Positions 42,663-52,666 of a stretch of DNA of 64,000 nt are shown here, in pieces. Origin of the DNA: an uncultured Armatimonadetes bacterium (GTDB lineage: Bacteria > Armatimonadota > UBA5829 > DTJY01); contig OY970325.1 of assembly GCA_963717145.1 (NCBI GenBank), forward strand, positions 4,192,001 through 4,256,000. Reading direction: 5' to 3'. Within the stretch, counting starts at the first letter, position 1. Every line of letters begins with the position of its first letter. The translations under genes and the position numbers were made by a program. Under the pieces are notes generated by a model, which did no database searches, had not been told where the DNA came from, and was given only the letters and a program-made list of their open reading frames with translations.

Positions 42663-42705
42663 TCACTCCCCACTCCGCATTCCCAATTCCGCATTCCGCA
42701 TTCCG
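42663..42705. repeat. Heptamer tandem repeat (CCGCATT)
   Basis: ccccact ccgcatt cccaatt ccgcatt ccgcatt. Confidence 0.85.
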
Positions 42706-42707
42706 AA

Positions 42708-44060
42708 CTACCCCGCGTCGTCCATGCACCGCTTGATGAAGCTGGTGGAGAGTTCGCCGCGCCGGTAGAATGCGTTCGCCATGATCTTCAGATGGAACGG
42801 TATGTTCGTCTTCAGTCCGGATATGTGAAACTCCTCCAGACAGCGGGTCATTCTGCTGATGGCCTCGTCACGGTCGCGGCCCCACACGATCAGTTTTGCG
42901 AGCAGCGAGTCGTAGTACGGCGGAACGGTGTACCCGGGGTAGATATGTGTATCGAGGCGCACACCGAGTCCGCCTGGGAAGAAGATCTCCTCGATCTTGC
43001 CCGATGAGGGGGCGAAATCCTTATCAGGGTCTTCAGCCGTAATGCGGCACTCGATTGCATGGCCGCTGATGCGCACGTTCTTCTGGCTGAGCGTGAGCTT
43101 CTCGCCCGCGGCGATCCTGATCTGCTCCTTCAAGAGATCGAGCCCCGTGACGAACTCGGTGACCGGGTGCTCGACCTGGATGCGTGTGTTCATCTCCATG
43201 AAATAGAAGTTGTTCTTCGAGTCGAGCAGGAATTCGACGGTCCCTGCGTTGGAGTATCCACAGGTTCTGGCCGCCTTGACCGCCGCCTCGCCCATCTTGG
43301 AGCGCAGGCTCGGGCTCACGGCGATCGACGGAGACTCCTCTAGCATCTTCTGGTGCCGCTGGTTCTGGACCGAGCACTCGCGCTCGCCGAGGTGAATCAC
43401 ATGGCCATGCTCATCGGCCAGGATCTGTACCTCGATATGACGCGGCTCCTCCAGGAACTTCTCCATGTACACGTCTGGGTTGCCGAACGCGGCCTCGGCC
43501 TCGGTCTGGGCGATCTTGAGGACGCGGGAAAGCTCCTCCTCGTTCTGAACGAGTCGGATGCCTTTGCCACCACCGCCCGACGAGGCCTTAATCATCACAG
43601 GATAGCCCATTCTGGACGCAAGCTTGAAGGCCTCCTGTTCGCCCTGGAGGATGCCCTTCGTGCCGGGGATTACCGGGACTCCGGACGATATCATCATCTC
43701 GCGGGCCCTGGCCTTGTCGCCCATTTTTTCGATGCACGACGGCTTCGGGCCGATGAACTTGATCTTGCAGGCCTCGCACGCCTCAGCGAAGCTCGGGACC
43801 TCGGAAAAGTAGCCGTACCCGGGATGGATGGCGTCGGCGCCCGTGATCACTGCCGCACTGATGATGTTGGGCGCGTTCAGATAGCTGTCCTTGCTGGACG
43901 GCGGACCGACGCAAATGGCTTCATCTGCGAGTCGCACGTGCAGGGAATCCGCGTCGGCCTGGGAGTAGACCGCGACGGTGGCGATCTTCATCTCATGGCA
44001 GGCGCGGATCACTCGGACGGCGATCTCTCCGCGATTTGCGATCAGAATCTTCTTGAACAT
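42708..44060 (-). CDS. accC: Acetyl-CoA carboxylase biotin carboxylase
   Basis: [27 protein letters not shown]. Confidence 0.97.
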   Translation of the reverse strand: MFKKILIANRGEIAVRVIRACHEMKIATVAVYSQADADSLHVRLADEAICVGPPSSKDSYLNAPNIISAAVITGADAIHPGYGYFSEVPSFAEACEACKIKFIGPKPSCIEKMGDKARAREMMISSGVPVIPGTKGILQGEQEAFKLASRMGYPVMIKASSGGGGKGIRLVQNEEELSRVLKIAQTEAEAAFGNPDVYMEKFLEEPRHIEVQILADEHGHVIHLGERECSVQNQRHQKMLEESPSIAVSPSLRSKMGEAAVKAARTCGYSNAGTVEFLLDSKNNFYFMEMNTRIQVEHPVTEFVTGLDLLKEQIRIAAGEKLTLSQKNVRISGHAIECRITAEDPDKDFAPSSGKIEEIFFPGGLGVRLDTHIYPGYTVPPYYDSLLAKLIVWGRDRDEAISRMTRCLEEFHISGLKTNIPFHLKIMANAFYRRGELSTSFIKRCMDDAG

Positions 44061-44076
44061 CAGTGCTCCGAATGAT

Positions 44077-44159
44077 CTATGGTCTATGGTCTATGGTCTA
44101 TGGTTGATGGCGGAGGGATGCGCGGCTTCATCCGCCATCAACCATCAACCATCAACCAT
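44077..44159. repeat. Palindromic heptamer array (TATGGTC/GATGGTT and ACCATCA)
   Basis: ctatggt x4, tgatggcgga ... tccgccatca, accatca repeats. Confidence 0.88.
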
Positions 44160-44164
44160 GCTAT

Positions 44165-44542
44165 TCAGTACCCCTCATGCCCGGGAGTGCTGCATGACAC
44201 TCGTCCGGTGGACGCATCGTAGGTATACTCCTTGCCTGAGATCGGGCACTTGGTGACCGCCGACATGCTCGGCCCCAGGTCCGCGAGCGAGGCCGGCACG
44301 CGGCCCTCCTCGCCGGACGACTTCTCCATCTCGATGGCGTTACGGATCTGGTTCAGGTTGTTCCGGCAGTCAACGCTTTCCGCCTGGCCGATCGGGGTAT
44401 GTACCCGGTCCGGTCCGTTCTTGCCCTTGCCTCCACCGATGTAGCCAGGAAGGAGGAAGTATGCCGCAATGACGATGATCGCCACAACGACAACGATCTC
44501 GATGATCGCCCACTGACCGCGATTGTCTCTTAGCGCTCTCAT
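44165..44542 (-). CDS. Small pilin-like protein
   Basis: Basic leader RDNRG, hydrophobic helix containing E, C..NL.QI..A, P.SL.DL, CP..G..Y.Y. Confidence 0.65.
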   Translation of the reverse strand: MRALRDNRGQWAIIEIVVVVAIIVIAAYFLLPGYIGGGKGKNGPDRVHTPIGQAESVDCRNNLNQIRNAIEMEKSSGEEGRVPASLADLGPSMSAVTKCPISGKEYTYDASTGRVSCSTPGHEGY

Positions 44543-44565
44543 CACGAGAGACCTCCCTCGGCGAA

Positions 44566-45000
44566 CTATGCCGCATCGAAGCGGAAGAGCGACTGCCCAT
44601 ACTCCACGGGCAGGCCGTCCTCCACCAGGACTTCGGCGATGACTCCTTCACGCTCGGAGATGACGTCGTTCATCAGCTTCATGGATTCTATCGCGCCGAC
44701 CGACTGACCTGCTTTGACGGCGACACCTTTTACCATCGAGTTGCCGGCGCTGTGGTAGATGCCGACCATCGGCGCCCTGACAAATGGGTCTGCGTCCACT
44801 GTCTCAGCGGGCTTTCCGGCTTCAGGCCGCGGCGGTTGGGCCTTCTCTGCCTGAGTTGGCGCAGATGCCACCGCGACCGGCTGCACTCTTGGCAGAGGCT
44901 TTCGCAGTCTGACCGTCGAGCCGTCCGCGGTCACCGCCAACTCGGATATCCCGGCCTCACGCACGATGCCGACCAGTTGCTCGATCTCTTCGATTTCCAT
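44566..45000 (-). CDS. accB: Biotin carboxyl carrier protein
   Basis: APMVG, ESMKLMN biotinylation motif, VEYGQ. Confidence 0.93.
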   Translation of the reverse strand: MEIEEIEQLVGIVREAGISELAVTADGSTVRLRKPLPRVQPVAVASAPTQAEKAQPPRPEAGKPAETVDADPFVRAPMVGIYHSAGNSMVKGVAVKAGQSVGAIESMKLMNDVISEREGVIAEVLVEDGLPVEYGQSLFRFDAA

Positions 45001-45013
45001 TGACTTCTGACTC

Positions 45014-46132
45014 CTACATCTGCAATTCGAATACCGCGTACTCGATGGCTCTCAGGACATAGCTGACCAGGATGAGCCCGATGCAGATAATGAACAACCA
45101 CTCAACCGCATTGGATATCGCAGTCGGGTTCAGCCAGGGACTGCTTGCGACCTGTTCGGGCGACGGACCGAACGAGACGGTTCCAGCGAATTGGTCGGTG
45201 AGCGTCAGTGCCTTTGCAAGCAGAGCCTTCACCGGCCTGAGATATATCCACAGCAGGAGCACGACCCCCGGGAATGCCAGGGGACTGAGCATCCTGTATT
45301 TCTGCTTCTGGTGCTCGGTGTACAGGAAGCACTGCCTGCACCGGGCTCTCTTCTGCGCGGGCGTCAGGTTCTTCGTGAGACCGACGCTCGCGCTGCTGTA
45401 TCTCTGGTCGAAACCAGGTATTTTGCTGGTGTTGCTCCTCTGCAGTACCCGCAGGATCATGTTTTCGTCGCAGTAACAGCCGCTCTTGATCCTCCAGCAG
45501 GGCTTCCTTTGCTCGTAGGCCGTGCAGACCTTCCGGAGGTATTCGCGGCAGTACGGCATCTGCCAGCAGTACAGATAGAGTCGGCTCTTGGGAATCTCTT
45601 CCTTGGTCGCGGTTGCCCGGACCCTCTCGGCTTTCGGTGACCGGCTGACACCTCTGAGCTTCGCCCCGAAGTCCATCAGGATGAACGGCACGGCGATGAT
45701 CAAGGCAACTACGCCCACCAGTTGGATCTGCCTGATCGCAAAGACGGCCAGTTCGCCGGCCTTCAAGGTCATCGTCTGGACCATAGGCCCGATCATGGCG
45801 GCAACTCCCCAGTAGAGCACCGCGCCGGCGATCAGCAGTAGATAGCCGAGGACCTCCTCGTAGTAGAACCTTGCGGATGCGCCGATGATACAGGAGATCC
45901 CGCCGTAACCGAGGACTTTGCACGCGAAGATGACGTTCTTGGCGATCTGGAAGCGCTCCGCCGGCGAGAGGTTCATCGCCTCGTCTATCCGCCCTGTGAA
46001 CACTCCCCAGGCAACGTAGGCAATCCCGATGAAGAACGCGCCAGCGCCCCACGTAAACATCCGCTCGATGAGCGTGTAGACCGATTCCGGCATCCTGATG
46101 GGACGAGTCTTCTGTGGTCCTCTTGTCCCCAT
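45014..46132 (-). CDS. Membrane protein with Cys-rich (two-CW-like) soluble domain
   Basis: 4+2 TM helices; CWQMPYC..C.AY..CWRIKSGCYC..C..C. Confidence 0.7.
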   Translation of the reverse strand: MGTRGPQKTRPIRMPESVYTLIERMFTWGAGAFFIGIAYVAWGVFTGRIDEAMNLSPAERFQIAKNVIFACKVLGYGGISCIIGASARFYYEEVLGYLLLIAGAVLYWGVAAMIGPMVQTMTLKAGELAVFAIRQIQLVGVVALIIAVPFILMDFGAKLRGVSRSPKAERVRATATKEEIPKSRLYLYCWQMPYCREYLRKVCTAYEQRKPCWRIKSGCYCDENMILRVLQRSNTSKIPGFDQRYSSASVGLTKNLTPAQKRARCRQCFLYTEHQKQKYRMLSPLAFPGVVLLLWIYLRPVKALLAKALTLTDQFAGTVSFGPSPEQVASSPWLNPTAISNAVEWLFIICIGLILVSYVLRAIEYAVFELQM

Positions 46133-46154
46133 ACCGAATCCTCCGGCTTCCAAC

Positions 46155-46230
46155 CGTAGGGGAGGGCTTCAACGCCCTCCCGGCGGCGCTGGGGTTCTCC
46201 CTCGGGAGGGCGTTGAAGCCCTCCCCTACG
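46155..46230. repeat. GTAG-type REP inverted pair
   Basis: cgtaggggagggcttcaacgccctcccg / cgggagggcgttgaagccctcccctacg. Confidence 0.9.
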
Positions 46231-46241
46231 GTTGGAAGACC

Positions 46242-46799
46242 CTACTTGGCGCGTTCCAGGTAGGCATCGGTGCGCGTGTCTACCTTCAGCCTGTCGCCGA
46301 CATTGATGAAAAACGGCACCTGGATGACGGCCCCGGTCTCCAGAGTCGCCGGCTTCGAGCCACCGGATGCGGTGTCGCCTCGGACGCCCGGGTCGGTCTC
46401 GGTGACCTCGAGTTCGACGGTGATCGGGAGTTCCGCGCCGATCACACGCTCCTGATGGCTCAGCACGCTGACTTCCTGGCCCTCCTTCAGGTACTTCGCC
46501 GCATCCCCGAAAGATGACTTCTCGACCGCGATCTGGTCGAAGGTCTCGTTGTCCATCAGGTGATACTCGCCGTCCTGGCTGTAGAGGAACTGCATCGGCC
46601 TGCGTTCGAGGATCGCCTGATCCATCTTCTCGCCGGCTCGCCAGGTCTTGTCGACGACCGCCCCGGTTCGGAGGTTTTTGAGCTTGCTCCGGACGAACGC
46701 GCCGCCCTTACCCGGCTTCACGTGCTGGAAGTCCACTATCGTAAAGATGTCTCCATCGAGAATAATCGACAGACCGTTCCGAAAATCACTGGTATCCAT
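46242..46799 (-). CDS. efp: Elongation factor P
   Basis: HVKPGKGGAF, PGVRGDT, KPATLETG. Confidence 0.97.
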   Translation of the reverse strand: MDTSDFRNGLSIILDGDIFTIVDFQHVKPGKGGAFVRSKLKNLRTGAVVDKTWRAGEKMDQAILERRPMQFLYSQDGEYHLMDNETFDQIAVEKSSFGDAAKYLKEGQEVSVLSHQERVIGAELPITVELEVTETDPGVRGDTASGGSKPATLETGAVIQVPFFINVGDRLKVDTRTDAYLERAK

Positions 46800-46885
46800 C
46801 AGGCAAAGAATCCTCCCATCGGGTCGCTGACGAACGGTGCATATCCGCTCGGGATGCAGCAAATTATAGCATATCGGACGGGCAT

Positions 46886-46952
46886 TGACAACTTCGGCGG
46901 GTCGGGCTATAATCGGAGTGGTGTATGATTTGTATGAAAGTTCATACAAATC
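46886..46952 (+). promoter_or_regulatory. Consensus sigma-70 promoter plus operator-like palindrome
   Basis: TTGACA-N17-TATAAT (46886-46914); GATTTGTATGAA-ag-TTCATACAAATC (46927-46952). Confidence 0.8.
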
Positions 46953-46969
46953 CGAAAGAGGTGATTGTT

Positions 46970-47233
46970 TTGGCGGAACCCAAAGTCTGCAAGACAGGCA
47001 TGGACGAATGCTTCTTCGGGACGGTGAACGTCGGCGAGCGCGGTCAGGTCGTCATCCCGGCGGAGGCTCGGAAGAGGCTGGATATCCATACCGGCGACAA
47101 GCTGGTTATCATGAGCCACCCCAGCGGTCACGGGTTCATGCTGTTCAAGGTTGGGGCGATGCGGGAGTTCCTCGACTATCTGGCAGCCGGATTGAGCATG
47201 GCAGAGGCCGGCGGTAACGACCCGGAAACCTAG
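46970..47233 (+). CDS. AbrB/MazE/SpoVT family regulator
   Basis: GTVNVGERGQVVIPAEARKRLDI..GDKL. Confidence 0.9.
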   Translation: MAEPKVCKTGMDECFFGTVNVGERGQVVIPAEARKRLDIHTGDKLVIMSHPSGHGFMLFKVGAMREFLDYLAAGLSMAEAGGNDPET

Positions 47234-47248
47234 AATGAAGGACGAACC

Positions 47249-48601
47249 ATGAAGAGAATGACGTTTTCTGACGGGATGCTGATTCGCGAGGCATGTGCCT
47301 GCTTGATTGTCGCCCTGCTCGCGATAGGCGCGCCGGTCTGCGCAGAGGTGATGACTCTGGAGCAGAGCGTGCAGTACGCGCTGGAGCACAACCCGGTCGT
47401 CGGTATTGCCGGCGAGAATATCAAGAGGTCGAAGGCACTGGTCGACCAGGCCTTGTCCGCGGGGATGCCCAAGGTTGATCTCACGGGCACTTACACCCGG
47501 TTGGACCAGGTTTCCTCGGTGTCGTTCGGCGGCAATTCGGTGAAGCTGAACTCGCTGGACAGTCAGTCCGCCGACTTGTCCGTGAAGCAGCCGATCGATG
47601 TGTTCGGTATCGTCAAGACAGGACTCCACGCCGCGAAGTTGAACAAGTCTTCAGTCCAGTATGAATACGATCAGGTGCGGAACGACACCACGCTCAGCGT
47701 CAAGGAGGCATACTACTCCGTCCTCAGGGCACAGCAGTTCCAGGGAGTCCGGGCCAGGCAGGTCGAGCAGCTCGAGGCTCACCTCAAGGATACTCAACTG
47801 AATCTCAAGGCCGGCACAGCCGCTCCATTCGACGTGCTGAGGGCCGAGACCGAGGTGGCCGACGCCAGGCAGGGCTTCATCACGGCGCAGAACGGAGTCG
47901 CACTCGCCAAAGCTGGGTTCAACAACACACTTGGTCGCAGTCTCGATGCCCCGGTCGAACTCGAGGAACCGGGACAGCCGCAGTTCATTGATCTCCAGCT
48001 CGCGCAGGTCCTCGATTCCGCCGCCGCCGCGCGTCCGGAGGTGCTCAGGATGCAGTCACAGCAGGGATTCACCAAGGATTTGGTGCAGATTGCCAGGAAG
48101 AGCGGCAAGCCTCAGATAAACCTGCTCTGGACGATGAACCAGAACCTGACGACCACCGTATTCAACCCGAGGCCGAATAGCTGGAGAGCGCTTGCGACGA
48201 TCTCGATGCCCCTCTACGACGGCGGGAAGACCAGAGCCGCGGTCGACCAGGCGAAATCCGAAGAGGCAAGCACCACGTTCGGGTACGAGCAAACGCTGTT
48301 GGGAGTGAAGCTCGATGCCCAGCAGGCATACCTCAGCACCAACGAGGGGCGGGAGAAGATCGCCGTCGCAGAGAAGGCGCTCGAGCAGGCCCGGGAGAGC
48401 ATGCGCCTTGCGGAAGTCCGTTACAGGGCGGGGGTCTCCACGCAGCTCGAGCTGTTTGACGCACAGACGGCCCTGACCCAGGCGGAGACGAACCATGTGA
48501 ACGCGGTGTATGATTACTACACGGCGATGGCGCAGCTCGAGAAGGCGGTCGGCGGACCGGATCAGATGGCGAAGTTGATCGGGTCGGCGGCGGGCACGTA
48601 G
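47249..48601 (+). CDS. TolC family outer membrane protein
   Basis: LEQSVQYALEHNP, V.EAYY, RYRAG.ST.LEL..AQ. Confidence 0.92.
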   Translation: MKRMTFSDGMLIREACACLIVALLAIGAPVCAEVMTLEQSVQYALEHNPVVGIAGENIKRSKALVDQALSAGMPKVDLTGTYTRLDQVSSVSFGGNSVKLNSLDSQSADLSVKQPIDVFGIVKTGLHAAKLNKSSVQYEYDQVRNDTTLSVKEAYYSVLRAQQFQGVRARQVEQLEAHLKDTQLNLKAGTAAPFDVLRAETEVADARQGFITAQNGVALAKAGFNNTLGRSLDAPVELEEPGQPQFIDLQLAQVLDSAAAARPEVLRMQSQQGFTKDLVQIARKSGKPQINLLWTMNQNLTTTVFNPRPNSWRALATISMPLYDGGKTRAAVDQAKSEEASTTFGYEQTLLGVKLDAQQAYLSTNEGREKIAVAEKALEQARESMRLAEVRYRAGVSTQLELFDAQTALTQAETNHVNAVYDYYTAMAQLEKAVGGPDQMAKLIGSAAGT

Positions 48602-48671
48602 GGGCGAAGCATTGGCCCACCGGATAGATGCCAACCCCACGGCCTGGTCGCCAATGCTTCGCCCGGATACG
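48598..48671. repeat. Distant copy of the RAYT-associated REP pair
   Basis: GTAGGGGCGAAGCATTGGCC ... GCCAATGCTTCGCCC. Confidence 0.85.
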
Positions 48672-48696
48672 ACCAGGCGTAAGATGGGAACTCACG

Positions 48697-49647
48697 ATGC
48701 CTGACATAGTACTCGAAACAATGAGTCTTACCAAGGATTTCGGCGGCCGACGCGCGGTCGACGACTTGAGCCTGCAAGTGCGCGCCGGGGATATCTACGG
48801 CTTCCTCGGCCCGAATGGCGCAGGGAAGAGCACCACCATCCGCATGCTTGTCGGCCTCGTCAGGCCGACGCAGGGCTCGTCGCGGCTGTTCGACACCGAT
48901 GTTCAGGTCGAGCACAAGAAGGCGCTCGGGCGGATCGGGGCGCTGGTGGAGTCGCCGAGCTTCTACATCTACCTGTCAGCGCGGGAGAACCTGAGGATGC
49001 TGTCGCGGCTCTCCGGGACATGCACGGATCAGCGGATCGATGAGGCGCTCGATCTCGTCGGACTGCTGGATAGGGCGCGCGACAAGGTGAGGACGTTCTC
49101 TCACGGGATGCGTCAGCGGCTCGGGATCGCTCAGGCGCTCCTGCCCGACCCGGAACTGATCGTCCTGGACGAGCCGACGGTTGGCCTCGATCCCGAGGGG
49201 ATGAAGCACGTGCGCGAGTTGATCCTTCACCTGGCGAAGGATTGTGGCAAGACGGTCTTCCTTTCGAGCCATCTCCTGCACGAGGTGGAGCAGGTCTGCT
49301 CGCGGGTCGGCGTCATCAACCGGGGCGCGCTTGTCGCCGAGGGGGATGTCTCTACGCTGCTCCGAGCTGAGTCCGGGCTGATCGAAATGCGAGTCGGTGA
49401 TCCGGATCGGACGGTGCAGTTGTTGGATTCGATCCCGGATGTCAAAGTCGTGGGTCGGGAGGGGGACACACTGTCCCTTCGAATCCCGCCGGACCTCGTG
49501 CCGGGGTTGAACCGGGCGATCGTGCAGGCGGATATCGATCTGTATTCGGTGGCCGCGAAGGCGACGAGCCTCGAGGATTTCTACCTGAACCTCGTTCAGG
49601 AGGATGCTGATGCTGCTGAGAATCGAATTTCTGAAACTCTGGCTTAA
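48697..49647 (+). CDS. ABC-2 type transporter ATP-binding protein
   Basis: GPNGAGKST, FSHGMRQR, LDEPT, SSH. Confidence 0.93.
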   Translation: MPDIVLETMSLTKDFGGRRAVDDLSLQVRAGDIYGFLGPNGAGKSTTIRMLVGLVRPTQGSSRLFDTDVQVEHKKALGRIGALVESPSFYIYLSARENLRMLSRLSGTCTDQRIDEALDLVGLLDRARDKVRTFSHGMRQRLGIAQALLPDPELIVLDEPTVGLDPEGMKHVRELILHLAKDCGKTVFLSSHLLHEVEQVCSRVGVINRGALVAEGDVSTLLRAESGLIEMRVGDPDRTVQLLDSIPDVKVVGREGDTLSLRIPPDLVPGLNRAIVQADIDLYSVAAKATSLEDFYLNLVQEDADAAENRISETLA

Positions 49648-50434
49648 GCCCAGAACATATATCGGTTTCGCGGGAATGGCGGCGGTCATCGCGCTGATGT
49701 TCCTCGCGATGAAATTCGGCCATCCATTCCGGCACATGGAAGCGACTCTCGAGCAGCGAGGTTTCATCGTTGCAGGCACGTTCCTCAATGCAGAGTTTGT
49801 AGTGCATCACCTGATCCGTGGGGTAGTTCTTCTGTTCCTTCCGCTGTTCTCGGCGATGGTGTTCGGAGACCTGATCGCCTCCGAAGCAGCGGACGGAACG
49901 ATGCGTACGATGCTCTGCCGGCCGGTCAGCAGGATCGCCGTCGGAATTGCGAAGTACCTGACAGGCATCGGATATGTGCTGGCGCTCACATTTGGGACCG
50001 GGATCGCGGCGTTTCTGGCGGGCTGGCTGGTTTTCGGCAAGGGCAACCTCGTCTCCGTTGAAAGCGGGATGTGGATATTCACGGAACAGGAGGCCATTCC
50101 AAGGCTGATTGCGGCCTACGGGCTGGCTGCGGTTTCGGCGCTGGCGGTCGGAAGCATCGCGTTTGCGCTGTCGAGTTTCCTGTCGAACGCCGGCGGCGCG
50201 ATTATCGGAGCGATGGTCGTGCTGTACGGGCTGAGGATCATCAGCCTCATGGACTATTTCGAGTCGATCCAGCCGTATCTGTTCACGAGCTATCTCGACT
50301 CGTGGGAAGGCCTGTTCGTCACTCCGATCCTGTCCGCGGACATATGGCGCTCGGCAGGAGTGACGCTGACATACTCGGTCGTGTTCTGTGCGGTGGGACT
50401 GGCCATCTTCCGGCGTAAGGATGTTCTATCATGA
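49610..50434 (+). CDS. ABC-2 type transporter permease
   Basis: Six TM helices, E...GTMRTML.RPVSR, FRRKDV. Confidence 0.9.
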   Translation: MLLRIEFLKLWLKPRTYIGFAGMAAVIALMFLAMKFGHPFRHMEATLEQRGFIVAGTFLNAEFVVHHLIRGVVLLFLPLFSAMVFGDLIASEAADGTMRTMLCRPVSRIAVGIAKYLTGIGYVLALTFGTGIAAFLAGWLVFGKGNLVSVESGMWIFTEQEAIPRLIAAYGLAAVSALAVGSIAFALSSFLSNAGGAIIGAMVVLYGLRIISLMDYFESIQPYLFTSYLDSWEGLFVTPILSADIWRSAGVTLTYSVVFCAVGLAIFRRKDVLS

Positions 50435-51129
50435 AGAGAGGATTGCGGATCTGGATGCTCGCCGCCTTGGTGCTCGCATCGGGCGGAGTTTACGCGCGCA
50501 CGATGACCGCGCAGGAGATCGTCAATCGCGCCGCCGACGAATATGACCGCGTCAAGGACTACACGGTCGATGCAAAGGTGGCAGTCAGCGCGCCGGATGT
50601 CCATGTGCCGGTGACGAACGTCAAGGTCTATTTCAAGAAGCCGGACAAACTGCACGTCGAGAGCAAGAGCGGTTTCGCCGTCCTTCCCAAGCAGGGATTG
50701 GTCGCCGGGAACCCGCTCCGCAACCTCGTGAAGAACTCGGGGTTGAGTCTCGCGGGTTCGGAGCGCGCTCTCAATCGGGACTGCTATCTGATCAAGGCGG
50801 TGCTCGATCAGGGCGGCGGCCAGACTGCGCGGGCCAGGATCTACATCGACAAAGAGCGCTGGGTCGTCGTCCAGATGTTTGTGGACGCCCGCACCGGGCC
50901 GTCGCTCAGGCTCAGCATCTGGTACTCGCGGATCGGCGGCAAGTACTGGATGCCGTCGAAATCGCTGGCGGTGGTCGAGTTCCCCAGAATGCAGATGGAT
51001 CCTGACGCGAGGAACAAGGTGACGGAGGACAAGACAAAGCCCTCCAAGCCGAGCACCGTCACGGTACAGTTCTCGAACTACAAGATCAACGTTGGGTTGA
51101 GTGACAAGATATTCCGGAAGAAGACATGA
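50431..51129 (+). CDS. LolA-like periplasmic lipoprotein-sorting protein
   Basis: Signal peptide, FKKPDKLHVE, IYIDK..W, NVGLSDKIF. Confidence 0.75.
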   Translation: MKRGLRIWMLAALVLASGGVYARTMTAQEIVNRAADEYDRVKDYTVDAKVAVSAPDVHVPVTNVKVYFKKPDKLHVESKSGFAVLPKQGLVAGNPLRNLVKNSGLSLAGSERALNRDCYLIKAVLDQGGGQTARARIYIDKERWVVVQMFVDARTGPSLRLSIWYSRIGGKYWMPSKSLAVVEFPRMQMDPDARNKVTEDKTKPSKPSTVTVQFSNYKINVGLSDKIFRKKT

Positions 51130-51142
51130 CAGTTCGACCGCC

Positions 51143-51208
51143 GTTGGGGATGGAGTTGGACTCCATCCCCCTTAGTGGGCGGGGATGGAGTCCAACTCCA
51201 TCCCCAAC
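51143..51208. repeat. GTTG-type REP inverted pair
   Basis: GTTGGGGATGGAGTTGGACTCCATCCCC and its reverse complement. Confidence 0.9.
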
Positions 51209-51238
51209 GGCGGTCGAAGTCAAAGAAGGAGCAGCCAG

Positions 51239-52666
51239 GTGAGAAGAACAGCCATAATCGCAGCTATAATCCTGATGGCATTGGTTTTCGTGGTCATGGG
51301 CACGATGCGCAAGAAGCCCAAAGAGAAGCCGAAGCCCGATGCCGGCGTTTCAGTCCAGGTCGGATACGCGCGGACGGGCAACATGGCCCTGACCATCGAT
51401 GTGTCCGGGAGCATCAAGGCCCTCAAGGCGGTGGAGGTCTCCGCGAAGACCACCGGCCGAGTCGTGTCGGTCCCGTTCCGCGAGGGCGACGTCGTCCGCG
51501 CGGGACAGGTCGTTGTCCAGCAGGACACATCCGACCTGCGAGCGCAGGTCCGGCAAGCCGATGCAGGCGTGCAGGCGGCGCGCGCGAGGCTGTCACAGGC
51601 GATGACCTCGGAGAGCGTGTCGGATACGCAGACCGAGGCGCAGATCGCGTCGGCCAGAGCAGCGCTCGAGGGCGCCAAGGCGCGTCTGCAACTCATCAAG
51701 AGCGGCGCGCGCACTCAAGAGAAAGCCCAGGCCGAAAGCGCGGTCGCGTCGGCGAAGGCGGCTTTCGAGAACGCCAAGTCCAACCGCGACCGGATGCGCT
51801 CGCTGTTCCTGGAGGGAGCCCTGAGTCCGCAGCAGATGGACCAGGCGCAGACCCAGTATGAGGTCGCGTCGGCCCAGTACGAGAGCGCCAAGCAGCAGCT
51901 CAGTCTGGTGCAGGAGGGCGCTCGCCCTGAGGAGGTCCAGGCCGCGGAGAACCAGGTTCAGCAGGCCGAGGAAGCCCTCAGGATCGCCCGGACCGGCAAA
52001 GTAAACAAGGCCCTGCGGCTGGAAGACATCAAGGCGGCGAAGGCCGGACTCGCTCTGTCCGAGGCCACCCGCGCATACGCGAGACAGCAGTTGGCCAATG
52101 CGTCGATCAAGGCCCCGATCACCGGCACGGTATCGAGTCGCATGACCGAGCCCGGCCAGATGGCAAACTCGGGCAACACGTTGATCGAACTGGTGGCGCT
52201 CAACACGGTCTATTTCGATGCGACTGTCTCCGAGATGGACATGCACAGGATCAGGATCGGCCAGCCGGTCAAGGTGCTGATCGACGCGCTTCCCGGCAAG
52301 ACGTTCATGGGCAGCGTGCTCAAGATCCTGCCGACCGCCGAGCAAGGCAGCCGGCAGTTCCACGTCTGGGTCGCGGTGCCCAACAGGGGCGGAGAGCTTA
52401 GGCCGGGTATGTTCTCGCGAGGAAGCATCCAGATCGACGAGCACAAGAACACAGTGGTTGTGCCGAAGGACGCTGTCACTATCAGCGGGGACGGGTTCTC
52501 CGTGTATGTCGTATCGCAGTCGAAGGCGCGTCTGCAGCAGGTCACCCTCGGGTTCACAACTAGAGAGGAAGTGGAGATACTGTCCGGCGTCTCAGTGGGC
52601 GATGAACTCGTCGTGCTCGGCCAGGACAGACTCTCCGATGGAGTGAAAGTAAATGTGGCTGACTAA
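51239..52666 (+). CDS. RND efflux periplasmic adaptor (long coiled coil)
   Basis: TM anchor, GRVVSV..REGD.V..GQ, IKAPITGTV, LRPGMF; GTG start after AAGGAG. Confidence 0.9.
   Translation: MRRTAIIAAIILMALVFVVMGTMRKKPKEKPKPDAGVSVQVGYARTGNMALTIDVSGSIKALKAVEVSAKTTGRVVSVPFREGDVVRAGQVVVQQDTSDLRAQVRQADAGVQAARARLSQAMTSESVSDTQTEAQIASARAALEGAKARLQLIKSGARTQEKAQAESAVASAKAAFENAKSNRDRMRSLFLEGALSPQQMDQAQTQYEVASAQYESAKQQLSLVQEGARPEEVQAAENQVQQAEEALRIARTGKVNKALRLEDIKAAKAGLALSEATRAYARQQLANASIKAPITGTVSSRMTEPGQMANSGNTLIELVALNTVYFDATVSEMDMHRIRIGQPVKVLIDALPGKTFMGSVLKILPTAEQGSRQFHVWVAVPNRGGELRPGMFSRGSIQIDEHKNTVVVPKDAVTISGDGFSVYVVSQSKARLQQVTLGFTTREEVEILSGVSVGDELVVLGQDRLSDGVKVNVAD

Noticed and set aside
51185-51238. 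Longer N-termini of the adaptor, ychF, RAYT and M48 ORFs
   Set aside because: The upstream starts fall in or read through repeat elements; downstream starts fit the RBS or family N-termini better
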